Source of the DNA: Candidatus Kapaibacterium sp.
GTDB lineage: Bacteria > Bacteroidota > Ignavibacteria > Kapaibacteriales > UBA2268
Reading direction: 5' to 3'
Assembly (NCBI GenBank): GCA_963665665.1
Contig: OY762428.1
Location: 2,848,001-2,912,000, forward strand
Length of the DNA stretch: 64,000 nucleotides
Every line of letters begins with the position of its first letter. The first letter of the stretch is position 1. Shown here one piece after another: positions 1-9,684 of the stretch. The translations under genes and the position numbers were made by a program. Below the pieces are notes generated by a model. It ran no database searches, was not told the DNA's origin, and was given only the letters and a program-made list of their open reading frames with translations.

Positions 1-49
1 TCACCAGCCTTTCACGCTGGCAGTAGGGGTTCGAATCCCCTCAGGGTCA
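1..49 (+). tRNA. tRNA-Glu (TTC), 5' part cut off by window start
   Basis: Anticodon arm CCAGC-CTTTCAC-GCTGG, T arm AGGGG-TTCGAAT-CCCCT, acceptor 3' strand CAGGGTC plus discriminator A; CCA not encoded. Confidence 0.9.
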
Positions 50-64
50 CACAAAAAACGAGAT

Positions 65-106
65 AAGCCTTTGTAAAATAAATACTTGCAAAGGCTTTAC
101 TTTTTG
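65..106 (+). terminator. Hairpin downstream of tRNA-Glu (terminator or att-flanking palindrome)
   Basis: AAGCCTTTGTAA...TTGCAAAGGCTT followed by TACTTTTTG. Confidence 0.55.
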
Positions 107-200
107 TCTTAAACATTCCGTAAACTTTTCTGGTACATTTGTATTTCATGATTTATCAAAATAAGGATGTACCGTTTTACATTATCCAACCCAAAAAACC

Positions 201-1499
201 CTACAACTCCAGCTTCTCTCCATCCCGAAGACTAATTACATTCTGGGTGAAAATCCTGCTGTACTTATTTTTCTGCAAAGTATGAATTGGAATAATATGT
301 TTGGGATTGAAAGCATTAACAAAGCGAAGCAGGGATTCCTGGCCTGCATGTCCGCTGGTGTGGATATAGTGTTCGGTAAAGTTCCTTTTCCGGATCCACT
401 CCAGCAATTTTATTGTGTCGGGCCTGTTTTTATAGCCTTCCCATAGTGAATAGATGAAATTACCAAGCTTCAGATTTGGTATTTTCTCCATATCAATTAT
501 CTGTGACGGACGTGTGAGGATTACATAGTCAGACGGCTGCAAGTTAATTTCATCTTTGCTGATCTTGTATCCGGCAAACTCATAGAGTATATCCTTTCTT
601 GCAAGTCTGGCCAGTCGGTCGCAAACGTACTTCGTAAACCAAACCCCGATATTATACGACTTATTCGGGAAAGGAAATTTGTTGTACTCAGAAAGCGTCT
701 TCAGAATTTTTGCTATATAAACATCAACGACCAAAGTTTTTCCTGCTTTCTGGCAGGCTTTGAAAATGGAAACAACTCGGTCGATATTTTGGCCTGATAC
801 GTAAACAAGGCCGGGTTTGTTTTCTGAGAATACAGTTGTCAGATTGTTTTCTATCGAATTTTCAGTAACAATAGGTTTTGCTGAATCGACAATATTTGTT
901 CCTTCCAGTATAAGATAGTCAATATTTTCAGGTGGATTTGCAAGCAGTTTATCCATCATTTTGCTTTTCCTACCATGCATTCGAAAATCACCTGAATATA
1001 CTATTCTTTTTCCATCGGCTTCCACAAGGAGCATATATGAGTCATAAGCGGAATGGTCAACCCAGAACGGCGTAATTTTAATTTCACCGATACAGAATGG
1101 TACATTTGAGCGGAAATGACTGATCCGGGATATATTAATACCGTTATTTGAAAAAATGTTTGATAGTTCTATCAAATCATTTGTCGGTTTTCCCATATAT
1201 ACATCAATATTGCTGTCTATAAAATTGAGAAGACCATAATGATCCTGATGCGGATGAGATAATAATACTGCGTCAACTTTCGAACCAGGGTTGTCATACA
1301 AACCCTGTATATCAGGAAGAATTCTCTCGTTTATAAGTTCCTTCCTTGATAAATATTTATATTGGTCAAAATTGAACTCGTTCCTGTCTTGATCAAGCAG
1401 GGGCAAACCGAAATCAATAATAATTCTGGTTTGCCCGGCTTTAATCTCTACACAGGAACCGCCAATCTCATTCGTACCTCTATGGATGGTCAGTTGCAT
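201..1499 (-). CDS. MBL-fold / beta-CASP metallo-hydrolase (RNase J-like)
   Basis: EIGGSC, IIIDFG, LSHPHQDHYG (HxHxDH), VDHS, YSGDFRMHG, HTSGHA, IPIHT. Confidence 0.85.
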   Translation of the reverse strand: MQLTIHRGTNEIGGSCVEIKAGQTRIIIDFGLPLLDQDRNEFNFDQYKYLSRKELINERILPDIQGLYDNPGSKVDAVLLSHPHQDHYGLLNFIDSNIDVYMGKPTNDLIELSNIFSNNGINISRISHFRSNVPFCIGEIKITPFWVDHSAYDSYMLLVEADGKRIVYSGDFRMHGRKSKMMDKLLANPPENIDYLILEGTNIVDSAKPIVTENSIENNLTTVFSENKPGLVYVSGQNIDRVVSIFKACQKAGKTLVVDVYIAKILKTLSEYNKFPFPNKSYNIGVWFTKYVCDRLARLARKDILYEFAGYKISKDEINLQPSDYVILTRPSQIIDMEKIPNLKLGNFIYSLWEGYKNRPDTIKLLEWIRKRNFTEHYIHTSGHAGQESLLRFVNAFNPKHIIPIHTLQKNKYSRIFTQNVISLRDGEKLEL

Positions 1500-2266
1500 C
1501 AGATACCATCTTTACAACATTTGATTCTTTGTATTTCATCTGGTTCGGTAAAAATATTCTTTAAAATTACTTCCTGATCAATATTTGATTTGTTCTCGGA
1601 TTTCTTAAGATATATCGTTTTACTTAAAGTAAAGCATTCGCTGATTTTATTGTTTACTTCTTTATATCCCAAACAGCAGACAAAGAAAATTATTTTCTTT
1701 GAATCTTTAAATAGCTTATCGGAAATTATATATTCATTTCCGCAGATTTTATTTAAGGATGCAATATACTTATCAAAAATACCTTTTTTAGTGCCACTTT
1801 TATTTCGAAATGTTCCACTATCACTTGATTTAAGCAGATGGAAGAAAAGCCCGTCTCCGGGTTCAATTATTAATTTTAGCAGATCTTTTTCAATAGCTTT
1901 TATTTCAGGATTATGCGCTTTAAATTCAATATTTAAAATTGGATTTTTCTCTTCATTTGCCTTGTAAAGACTCATATCAATTTCAGCTGATCTTCCTCCT
2001 TGGTCATGTCTGGGGTTAGTACCGAATTTATATTTTTTTATTGTAGGAGTTTCTACTGAAACCTTATATTTACCCAATCTCTCAACTTCGCTGAAAAAAG
2101 CGAAACGCGCTTCCTGTTCGCTGATTCTATGTTCGCTGATTCTAACTTCTCCGTCTGAATATTTTGGGAAAATAATACCGGAACTGTTTTTCCGGTTTAT
2201 CATTTCGTGTAAGCGATATGATGTTTTATTACTTAAATCAATTACTTCATTGACGAAATTACTCAT
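1499..2266 (-). CDS. Hypothetical protein, PD-(D/E)xK nuclease-like
   Basis: SEQE...VETPT...IDMSL...IEFKAHN...KDLLKL pattern; stop overlaps start of the MBL gene. Confidence 0.5.
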   Translation of the reverse strand: MSNFVNEVIDLSNKTSYRLHEMINRKNSSGIIFPKYSDGEVRISEHRISEQEARFAFFSEVERLGKYKVSVETPTIKKYKFGTNPRHDQGGRSAEIDMSLYKANEEKNPILNIEFKAHNPEIKAIEKDLLKLIIEPGDGLFFHLLKSSDSGTFRNKSGTKKGIFDKYIASLNKICGNEYIISDKLFKDSKKIIFFVCCLGYKEVNNKISECFTLSKTIYLKKSENKSNIDQEVILKNIFTEPDEIQRIKCCKDGI

Positions 2267-2344
2267 AATTCACAACTCCTTTTATTCCGAAAATCAAATT
2301 GAATGATCAATAATTATTTGTTAAACATAAGCATTTCCCCCTTC

Positions 2345-4474
2345 CTAAGCAATCTTCAGCCTGCCGTTTTTAATGTCGGGATGCAAAGAAACGGGCTGCT
2401 CTTCTTCGTCGGACAAAATGGATTCCAGGTAGCGGCTTTTCAGTATCTGCCGGTGGTTATTGTAGTTTTCCGTATTTCCTGATTTGCTTACAAGGCCAAA
2501 ATTCTCTTTGGCATAGTCGTTAACCATTTCCATTATCTGCCATTCCTTTATTTCCGGATTGTCCGCCAGGTAATCGGCAAGGTGCAGGAGCAGGGGCATA
2601 TTTGATTTTATAATATTTTCGCATTTTCTATAGCATTGGGCTGTCAGTTCAATTATTTCATCGTCGGTGTCTTTCTGATGGAACACAGTATCAATCATGT
2701 GGGGATTTTCAACTCCGATTGTTGCTTTCAGTCTCCCAAGGCCATATCTTTTTATTGCCATGGCCGCCAATCCGGTAGCTTTTTCCAAATCCTGCGAACT
2801 ACCCGCGGTATATTCCTCCTCTCCGAAAATCAGCCTTTCAGCTGTGAATCCGCCGTAACTTGTTATAATTCTGTCCCTGATTGACCTGAATGTAGGTATG
2901 TCTTCGCCGTCTTTGGTTTCCAGCGCTCCGTGATTATTGTTATTGCTCGATGTTGATTTTATGGAAACAGGTAACAATCCGGTCTGCATAATGTATGCAA
3001 CGGCATGGCCGGCCTCATGCACGGCTACAACAGCCTGGAGATTATCTTTTTTTGCAGTTCTTTTGTTTTCTATCGTCAGTGTAACAGGATGTTCCAAAAC
3101 AATTTTTGCTCTATCCTTACTCCGGGCATTGATTATGAATGTCTGGCGTTCTTTGCTGAATGCCCAGTCTATCTCGTTAATGTTATCATGTTCGATTTGC
3201 AGGTTGCAGAGAATTTCCGAAAAATTGGATTCTATCAGGTTTACGAAAGTTGTTTTCAGTGGCCTGACACCCATTGCCGGAAAAACTCCTTCCCTGAAAA
3301 GAATATCGTTTACTGAGCTGTCGAAATGAATGGAAATGCCCATGTTGTTTTCGATACTCCGGCAGAACAGGTCAAGCTCGTTTTGAATTATTGACTGGAA
3401 AGCGCTGTTATTCAAAGCCGGATAAATCACATGGTTATTGCCGAGGCGGGCTATCTGTTCGTTCCTGAATCTGCGTTGGAGGGCTTGGTTTATGTCGGAA
3501 ATACCTATCTTTGAGCACATTTCAGCGAACATGTCGGGATTGTAGTCCGGTTCAAGTTCGTTATTCATGCCATAAGCTTCGTCAAGGTTGCCGAGTATGA
3601 ATATCAGCGACTTTGATAAATTTAATTCCAGCATTTTCAGTGACTTATAAATTGTTTTTTCCACCAGCTTAACTATCTGCCTGCCGTTCAGAGTATAAAC
3701 ATATTCCTGGAATTTTATAATATCCTCGAACTTATCTGCATGATAAGGGTAGATTGTTTCTACAGCATCGTGGGAAAGGAAATCGTTTTGTTCAAGCCCT
3801 TTTTCATCAAAGTTAAATGCCTTGAAATGTTTCTCGATACTACTTATGTCAATATCCATAACGTCTGTTCTGTTAAGGATCTCAGTATTTCTTCCAAGCC
3901 TGATAAAGGTATCGATTCCGGCAATAATTTTGCCGTTTTCAACTTCTACTCCGCGTTTCAGGCATTTATTTAGAAATTCATGATATATTCTGATATCGCT
4001 TGTTGATGAAGAATAACGATCGCGATAAAATAATTTGCCTGTATCAAGTAACTCCCAGAGTTCGGACAGATTAATCGACTTTTCCCTGCTGCCCTCATCC
4101 TTTGTTCTTACTTGCTGGAATTCATCAAGGCAGAGAATGCAGGGATTATCCTGGAATAATTCCAGGTCCTCGTCCAGATAATATTCGAATGAGTTACCGG
4201 CCATATCAAAATGCAGGTATCTGTCAGTAACGCCAAGAAGTTTCACCAGCCTGTTCACAAGCGAAGTCTTTCCTACGCCTGTCATGCCCCACAGATTTAT
4301 TGTAAGCGGCCTGCTCAGGCGTTCGGGGAAGAAATACCAGGGGCGTATCATCCGGCAGATATTATCTATCATGTCGTCAATGCCGAAAAACTCTTCTTTC
4401 AGATTCCGGTTTATCCTTTCAAGGCGTTCTTTCTTTTCTATCAGGCTTTGTCGATAATTTTTTTCTATGTCCAT
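2345..4474 (-). CDS. AAA+ ATPase fused to C-terminal M41 (FtsH-type) zinc peptidase, no TM anchor
   Basis: Walker A GMTGVGKT, Walker B LCLDEFQ, Clp-like ARLG and MGVRPL, HEAGH zinc motif, GGFTAERL, SQDLEKAT. Confidence 0.8.
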   Translation of the reverse strand: MDIEKNYRQSLIEKKERLERINRNLKEEFFGIDDMIDNICRMIRPWYFFPERLSRPLTINLWGMTGVGKTSLVNRLVKLLGVTDRYLHFDMAGNSFEYYLDEDLELFQDNPCILCLDEFQQVRTKDEGSREKSINLSELWELLDTGKLFYRDRYSSSTSDIRIYHEFLNKCLKRGVEVENGKIIAGIDTFIRLGRNTEILNRTDVMDIDISSIEKHFKAFNFDEKGLEQNDFLSHDAVETIYPYHADKFEDIIKFQEYVYTLNGRQIVKLVEKTIYKSLKMLELNLSKSLIFILGNLDEAYGMNNELEPDYNPDMFAEMCSKIGISDINQALQRRFRNEQIARLGNNHVIYPALNNSAFQSIIQNELDLFCRSIENNMGISIHFDSSVNDILFREGVFPAMGVRPLKTTFVNLIESNFSEILCNLQIEHDNINEIDWAFSKERQTFIINARSKDRAKIVLEHPVTLTIENKRTAKKDNLQAVVAVHEAGHAVAYIMQTGLLPVSIKSTSSNNNNHGALETKDGEDIPTFRSIRDRIITSYGGFTAERLIFGEEEYTAGSSQDLEKATGLAAMAIKRYGLGRLKATIGVENPHMIDTVFHQKDTDDEIIELTAQCYRKCENIIKSNMPLLLHLADYLADNPEIKEWQIMEMVNDYAKENFGLVSKSGNTENYNNHRQILKSRYLESILSDEEEQPVSLHPDIKNGRLKIA

Positions 4475-4526
4475 GATTACTCCTGTTTATTTAAAACATT
4501 TCATTATTTTGCGAAATCTTTATGAA

Positions 4527-4560
4527 CAAATATAGTATTGAATCGGACAGCAGTTGACCG
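4527..4560 (-). promoter_or_regulatory. Putative WYL operator (CGGACA-GCAGT-TGACCG) plus -7 element TATATTTG for the AAA/M41 operon
   Basis: Palindrome at 4544-4560; TATATTTG on minus strand at 4534-4527; 9-nt gap. Confidence 0.65.
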
Positions 4561-4585
4561 AAACAAAAGCAGAGGAAAAAAATAT
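4544..4585. repeat. ~42-bp direct repeat, copy 1 (copy 2 at 6131-6173)
   Basis: CGGACAGCAGTTGACCGAAACAAAAGCAGAGGAAAAAAATAT vs CGGTCAGCAGTTGACCGAAACAATAGCAGAGGAAAAAAAATAT. Confidence 0.9.
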
Positions 4586-4782
4586 TTTATAATATTATTA
4601 TGGTTGAAGATGTTTTTGAAGTAGCAGTCAATTATCTGAAATTGAGACTTGAACAATATTTAAAAAAAGAAAATTTTACCCAAACTTTTTCATAATTTTC
4701 TGTTGAGCATCTACGAATTCATAACAGCTTTACCTGTTTTATTACTCCATTTTGTTTCACCAATAATTTAAATAAAAGTTAA

Positions 4783-5838
4783 TTATTGTTCTATTATCTC
4801 TCCCAAAAACAAATCCGATTCAAGAATCCGATCAATCCCTATATCAAATATATAATTGGAATTGGAACCTAATCTGTATTGGCATTCTGTCTGATACTCA
4901 TCCTTCAGATAACCAAAGCCAACATCTTCAAGCAATTTTATTCCTTTTCCATAATTCATCGTTTTTATGTTGTATTCAAGAGCTACCCCCAAAACAAAAC
5001 AATCCAACAAGTTAGTGTAGTTTTTATCGATAAGAAAATGAATTCCGTTCATTATATCTTCGGTATAATGCGCAATTTCTGAGCTATATCGAAGAGCAAA
5101 ATCGGCATTTGATATTTTACTCTCACACTTCTTCAATAAATCAATACACCATTGTCTGTCGGAAAAATAGAAATCAACTAAATTGATAAAATCAAAATAT
5201 TGCCTGGCATTTTTTAGTAAAACTACAGCTTTTTCGAAAAATGGCCGTGCCCATCTATTCTCTTTTATATGCTCAGAAATACTATAAAGCAGCTTTTTGT
5301 AGTCATCGTAATGATAGCACCTGAAAGCAGCAATTTTCTCATAAATCTTCTTACTCCAATCAATATCGTCCAAATAAACAGCCACAGATTCTGCTATCCC
5401 AATACTCTCACCATCCCTATTTATGATGCTTTGGTATATCTGACTTGCCCACTGCTTATCACCCAACATATCTATCACAGATTTTGCAAGCAGGATATTA
5501 CCTGTTTCATTTAATCCTTTTTCATAAGCACACTTAAAATAATCCCTGCACTTTTCTTTGTTTTTTCCTATAAAGAAGCTGATTTCCCCCAATACTCTGT
5601 ATCCATCTCCAGTTTTAATAATTTTCTCAAGCTCTGATATATATTTAACAGTCCATTGTTTTTCTTCGAAATAATCATATACAAAAACAAAACACTGATT
5701 ATATTCCAAAATTGTCTTGCAGGACTCGAAACCCAAATTCATTAAATCAATATCAACGCTGTCGGATAATTTATGTTTTCCTGATTCCAGAAATTTCTTT
5801 TTCAGAAGACAAATATGTTCAATTGGGTCAATAATCAT
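4783..5838 (-). CDS. Helical (TPR-like) repeat protein with DxxW repeats
   Basis: 351-aa ORF; recurring LGDKQWASQIY / LDDIDWSKKIY / IKENRWARPFF / FSDRQWCIDLL. Confidence 0.65.
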   Translation of the reverse strand: MIIDPIEHICLLKKKFLESGKHKLSDSVDIDLMNLGFESCKTILEYNQCFVFVYDYFEEKQWTVKYISELEKIIKTGDGYRVLGEISFFIGKNKEKCRDYFKCAYEKGLNETGNILLAKSVIDMLGDKQWASQIYQSIINRDGESIGIAESVAVYLDDIDWSKKIYEKIAAFRCYHYDDYKKLLYSISEHIKENRWARPFFEKAVVLLKNARQYFDFINLVDFYFSDRQWCIDLLKKCESKISNADFALRYSSEIAHYTEDIMNGIHFLIDKNYTNLLDCFVLGVALEYNIKTMNYGKGIKLLEDVGFGYLKDEYQTECQYRLGSNSNYIFDIGIDRILESDLFLGEIIEQ

Positions 5839-6113
5839 ATCTGTTAAAATGTTGATTTTTAAATTTCTTTGCCATTTTATTTTCTATAAGTCTTAATTTG
5901 TTTCTAAAGTATTGCCCATAATCCTCATTCAAAAACACCTGCTTTACAAAGGCATGTATTTAATGAAGGAGTTCTTTACTGGTTAATGGATAAATTATAC
6001 AACGGGGAATTTATTTTAAGAATATTTAAAAATTCAGTTACATCTAACATAACAAAACTCCTGAATTTTAATTATGAAATCTTCTTTTGTTGAATATTCT
6101 TTTTTTATACAAT

Positions 6114-6147
6114 ACAATATACTATATTAGCGGTCAGCAGTTGACCG
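6114..6147 (-). promoter_or_regulatory. Putative WYL operator (CGGTCA-GCAGT-TGACCG) plus divergent -7-like element TATATTGT
   Basis: Perfect 6-bp inverted repeat at 6131-6147 just upstream of WYL1; TATATTGT on minus strand after a 9-nt gap. Confidence 0.65.
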
Positions 6148-6171
6148 AAACAATAGCAGAGGAAAAAAAAT

Positions 6172-7152
6172 ATGGAAGATCCCAAATATAGTCAGATTCA
6201 TTGCGCTTTATATATCTATGATAAATTGCGGTCGGGCGGCGAGTATTCTACGGTGGATTTTCAGGATATGCTGAGAAATGAGAAGAATCTTATTGTTTCT
6301 GACAGAACGCTGCGCAGGTATATCAACGAAATCAAGCTTTACATTGGTTCCCTGAAAAGAATCGGAAATAAGTACTGGAAGATGGAAAGGCAGTTAAGAA
6401 AGCAGGGCGCTAAGATCAGGCTGAATTCGGAGCAGTTGCTGTCGTTCCATATTTTAAAATCTCACCTCAGGCAGTACAAAAATACCGTGATCGAGGAGGG
6501 AATAATTGAACTGGAAAAACTGCTCGACAGGTTTGCGCCCGGCAATGTTTTCGAATCTGAAGGAATTTTCAGAGATAAGAATATAGGGCAGTATGATTAT
6601 ACCCGTGATGATATTGTTTTGCGCCGCCTGCTGAAATTTATTCCCGAAAAAAGCTGGGTTTTGGTGGAATACAAAATGGCGGGCAGGGATAAAATTTCGA
6701 AATTCAGATGCTACCCGCGTATGATGTTTGAATTCAAAGGTGGCGTTTATGTGGTTGTTTATGTAAGCGGCAAGTCGGCGGGGCACAGGGCGCTTGCTCT
6801 GCATAATATCGAATCGGTTGAAAAAATTGAGAAGCGGAAAGCCGATATTCCTGATTTCAATTTCGGCGAATGGTCGAAGGAAAGATTCGGCGTTTTCTGG
6901 GGCGATACCCGGAAGATTAAACTGCTGATAAAAAAGAAATATAAGCGCTATTTCGAAAACAGAACATGGCACGCTACCCAGCGCCTTACCACCGATGCCG
7001 GGGGGAATATGATCCTGACGATGAATGCCCCGGTTGTTCCCGACCTTGTATCCTGGATTCTTTCCTGGCATGAAGCAATTACTGTGATTGAACCGCAGGA
7101 ACTGAAAGACAATGTGATTGATGCCCTGAAGAAAAGCCTGGAGAATTATTAG
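6172..7152 (+). CDS. HTH-WYL-WCX transcriptional regulator (WYL1)
   Basis: N-terminal wHTH (VSDRTLRRYI), WYL region (YPRMMFEFKGGVYVV), RFGVFWG, WCX (WHATQ...SWILSW...VIEPQEL). Confidence 0.88.
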   Translation: MEDPKYSQIHCALYIYDKLRSGGEYSTVDFQDMLRNEKNLIVSDRTLRRYINEIKLYIGSLKRIGNKYWKMERQLRKQGAKIRLNSEQLLSFHILKSHLRQYKNTVIEEGIIELEKLLDRFAPGNVFESEGIFRDKNIGQYDYTRDDIVLRRLLKFIPEKSWVLVEYKMAGRDKISKFRCYPRMMFEFKGGVYVVVYVSGKSAGHRALALHNIESVEKIEKRKADIPDFNFGEWSKERFGVFWGDTRKIKLLIKKKYKRYFENRTWHATQRLTTDAGGNMILTMNAPVVPDLVSWILSWHEAITVIEPQELKDNVIDALKKSLENY

Positions 7153-7165
7153 ATTGAAAAATATA

Positions 7166-7199
7166 GCGACACCCTGTGATGCAACTATTGTTATATTGG
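7166..7199 (+). promoter_or_regulatory. Putative WYL operator (GCGACA-CCCTG-TGATGC) plus -7-like element TATATTGG
   Basis: Same box, 9-nt gap and TATATT architecture as at 4544, 6131 and 9613. Confidence 0.55.
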
Positions 7200-7250
7200 T
7201 AAGATTGAAAATATATAAATTTTGTTTTTTGAAAACTATTAGAGGTTAGT

Positions 7251-8537
7251 ATGAATAAAAAAATTGAAACAATTTTTAATGATATTTATTTTAAAGAATT
7301 GTTAAGTTATTATGAACAGGTAGATTATCTTTCAATTTTGAGTTGCGGTAGAAGAGAATTATCACACTCTTCATTTATTGCATGGTTAGCTGATCCATCA
7401 GGAAATCATGGATTGAATGACTTTTTTCTTCAGTCAATTTTTGAAATATTTATTGCCCGTTTTTACAGTAAATCAATAGATATATCAGGCAAAAATATCA
7501 ATATATTTACCGAGAAGACGATAAAATCAGGAAGACTTGATATTTATATTGAATCTGCTGATGAAAAGTGGCAAATTGTAATTGAAAATAAAGTGCATTC
7601 AAAAGAAGGAGATCACCAATTAAAAAAATATTTTGAAGAATTGAATAATAAATACGATGATACATTTTTTCTATATTTAAAACCTCATCTCTTGTCAGGC
7701 TCAGAATATCCACTATCTGCTGATTTTAAAGTAATTTATTATCAAGAAATTATTCCTTTATTAAATTCATCATTTGAGCTTGCAGTAAATAAAGGACATA
7801 TTGAAACTGCATTATTAATAAAATCTTATGTTAGAAGTTTATCAATAATATCATTAGATTCAGTAAATTTTGATGCAATGGCTTTAAGTTGTTTTGAACT
7901 TAAACAATTGAAAAGATTATATAGAAATCATAAATTGTTATTCGAGGATATAAAAAGTGAGATTTCTGAGAGCGAGTCAAATGATTACTTAGATTCGATT
8001 GAAAGTATCAAGAATAGTCTGATGTTCATTAACTTATTAAAATTAATGAGCTTTGGAGAAGTATTGAATTTAGATGATCAAGCTAAAGTAATTTTGTTTT
8101 CAAATGATAAAGATAATTCAAAATACGATGTATTGAATGATGCAGGGATAATTGCTAATTGTGTACCTAAAACTAATTTATTCTATATATTAGTTGAAAA
8201 TTATATTAATAATAATATTGGGATTAATCTAAAAAAATTTGAAGAGGATTTCCCTAATTCTTTTGGAATTGAAGATATTGAAATCGAATTATATAAAGTT
8301 TTTAAAAATAGTAAAGAAGCCCAAATTGAGAACAAAAAACATTACCCTAAACGTAAGAATCCTTTTTTTGATTATGAAAATATTTTTGAACTTGAAGACT
8401 GTGTAATTGTTTTGAAAAAAGCTTGGACAGCAAAACAAAAAAACAAATTGAATGGAAAATCATCAATTGAATTACTTTTACAATTTATTAAAAAAAATGA
8501 GTCAAAGTTTAACATAAGAGTTGAACAATGTAAATAA
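7251..8537 (+). CDS. PD-(D/E)XK nuclease family protein
   Basis: RELSHSSFIAWLADP..NHGL, GRLDIYI, IVIENKV, QLKKY; very AT-rich. Confidence 0.8.
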   Translation: MNKKIETIFNDIYFKELLSYYEQVDYLSILSCGRRELSHSSFIAWLADPSGNHGLNDFFLQSIFEIFIARFYSKSIDISGKNINIFTEKTIKSGRLDIYIESADEKWQIVIENKVHSKEGDHQLKKYFEELNNKYDDTFFLYLKPHLLSGSEYPLSADFKVIYYQEIIPLLNSSFELAVNKGHIETALLIKSYVRSLSIISLDSVNFDAMALSCFELKQLKRLYRNHKLLFEDIKSEISESESNDYLDSIESIKNSLMFINLLKLMSFGEVLNLDDQAKVILFSNDKDNSKYDVLNDAGIIANCVPKTNLFYILVENYINNNIGINLKKFEEDFPNSFGIEDIEIELYKVFKNSKEAQIENKKHYPKRKNPFFDYENIFELEDCVIVLKKAWTAKQKNKLNGKSSIELLLQFIKKNESKFNIRVEQCK

Positions 8538-8549
8538 CATATTAATTTC

Positions 8550-8612
8550 TTTTCCCCTCCTTTTTGAAGGAGGGGAAAACAGGGGAGGTTGTTTCAATTA
8601 TTTCTCCCCCCC
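8550..8612. repeat. REP-like palindrome / bidirectional terminator between convergent genes
   Basis: TTTTCCCCTCCTT-TTTG-AAGGAGGGGAAAA followed by AGGGGAGG; a similar element lies at 42838-42924. Confidence 0.55.
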
Positions 8613-9593
8613 TCACCCCTCCAGATTCTTCAGCGCTTCTTTATGCATGCTTATCAGTTCATCCCGCAATTTTTCGGGTTTAACGGAGCTAATGCAGGAA
8701 CTCCAGCTTATCAGCCATGATTTCAGTTCCGGGCTTAGCGGAACCAGCATTTCCAGAGACAGGCTGCCGTCCTCGTTATCTTTGAATTTCTGTGTCTGAT
8801 GCCAGAACCTGTTCTCGAAATATTTCCTGCTGTCGGCATTTATTATAATTTCCACTTTTTCGGGTTCGCCCCAGAAAACGCCGAACCTGATTGCCGAGAA
8901 TTTTTCCTGGTTGAAATCCGGAACTTCCACATCTTCATGCACTGCTTCCTGAATGTCCGTTATTCTGTGAATTGCCATAGCTATATAATACTGATATTCC
9001 GGGATATAAACCGCCGCGTAAAGATACCCCGCGTTCGAGAACATCCTTGCTATCCTGCCGATATAACTTTTCTGATACCCACTGCCCGATACATCGTAAT
9101 CAATTGTTACCCATTGCTTTTGCGTGATCGCTTCTATCACTTTCTTAATAATCCTGTCATGCCCGGAGTAATCATAGCTGCCGATATTTTTATCCCAGAA
9201 GAATGGCTCCCCGTCGAACACGTCGCCAACGGCGTGGCTGTCTATCTTATTAAGCAGAGCATTTATCTCTTCCTCGAAGTATGTACCCTTAAAATTTTTC
9301 AGGTTGGCCTTCAGCATATAAAGCGAAAGCAGGTCGTTTTCACGGAAAATTATACCCGAACGTAAATTTTCATCAATATGCCAGATGGTTGTTCTTCCTT
9401 CTTCGGTAAATGTTATTTCCGGGGCAATCGCCAGGAGTGTTTGCATGTCCCGCTGTATTGTTCTCGGGGAATAATCTCCTCCATGATCATTAAGCAAACG
9501 CTCTCGTATTTCACTTGTTTTCAGTTTTTTACCGCTAAGCAGCATTCTGTAAATTGCGAAAATTCTTTCTACCTGGGAATTGATTTCATTCAT
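8613..9593 (-). CDS. HTH-WYL-WCX transcriptional regulator (WYL2)
   Basis: SPRTIQRDM HTH; DKNIGSYDY; RFGVFWG; YFENRFWHQTQ; SWLISW; clear paralog of WYL1. Confidence 0.88.
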   Translation of the reverse strand: MNEINSQVERIFAIYRMLLSGKKLKTSEIRERLLNDHGGDYSPRTIQRDMQTLLAIAPEITFTEEGRTTIWHIDENLRSGIIFRENDLLSLYMLKANLKNFKGTYFEEEINALLNKIDSHAVGDVFDGEPFFWDKNIGSYDYSGHDRIIKKVIEAITQKQWVTIDYDVSGSGYQKSYIGRIARMFSNAGYLYAAVYIPEYQYYIAMAIHRITDIQEAVHEDVEVPDFNQEKFSAIRFGVFWGEPEKVEIIINADSRKYFENRFWHQTQKFKDNEDGSLSLEMLVPLSPELKSWLISWSSCISSVKPEKLRDELISMHKEALKNLEG

Positions 9594-9612
9594 TTTTCTA
9601 TTCCATTACAAA

Positions 9613-9646
9613 ACGACATTATATGACGCATGGACGCTTATATTTG
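9613..9646 (+). promoter_or_regulatory. Putative WYL operator (ACGACA-TTATA-TGACGC) plus -7 element TATATTTG
   Basis: Box at 9613-9629, 9-nt gap, TATATTTG at 9639-9646; lies between WYL2 and the divergent gene. Confidence 0.65.
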
Positions 9647-9684
9647 CAAATATTGTGTTTGATAAGCAAGAAAGTACAGAATAC

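Noticed and set aside
2345-4474. Housekeeping ftsH
   Set aside because: No TM segments and a Clp-like rather than FtsH-type AAA module
5826-6000. Small minus-strand ORF remnant upstream of the DxxW gene
   Set aside because: Interrupted by a stop and has no recognisable homology
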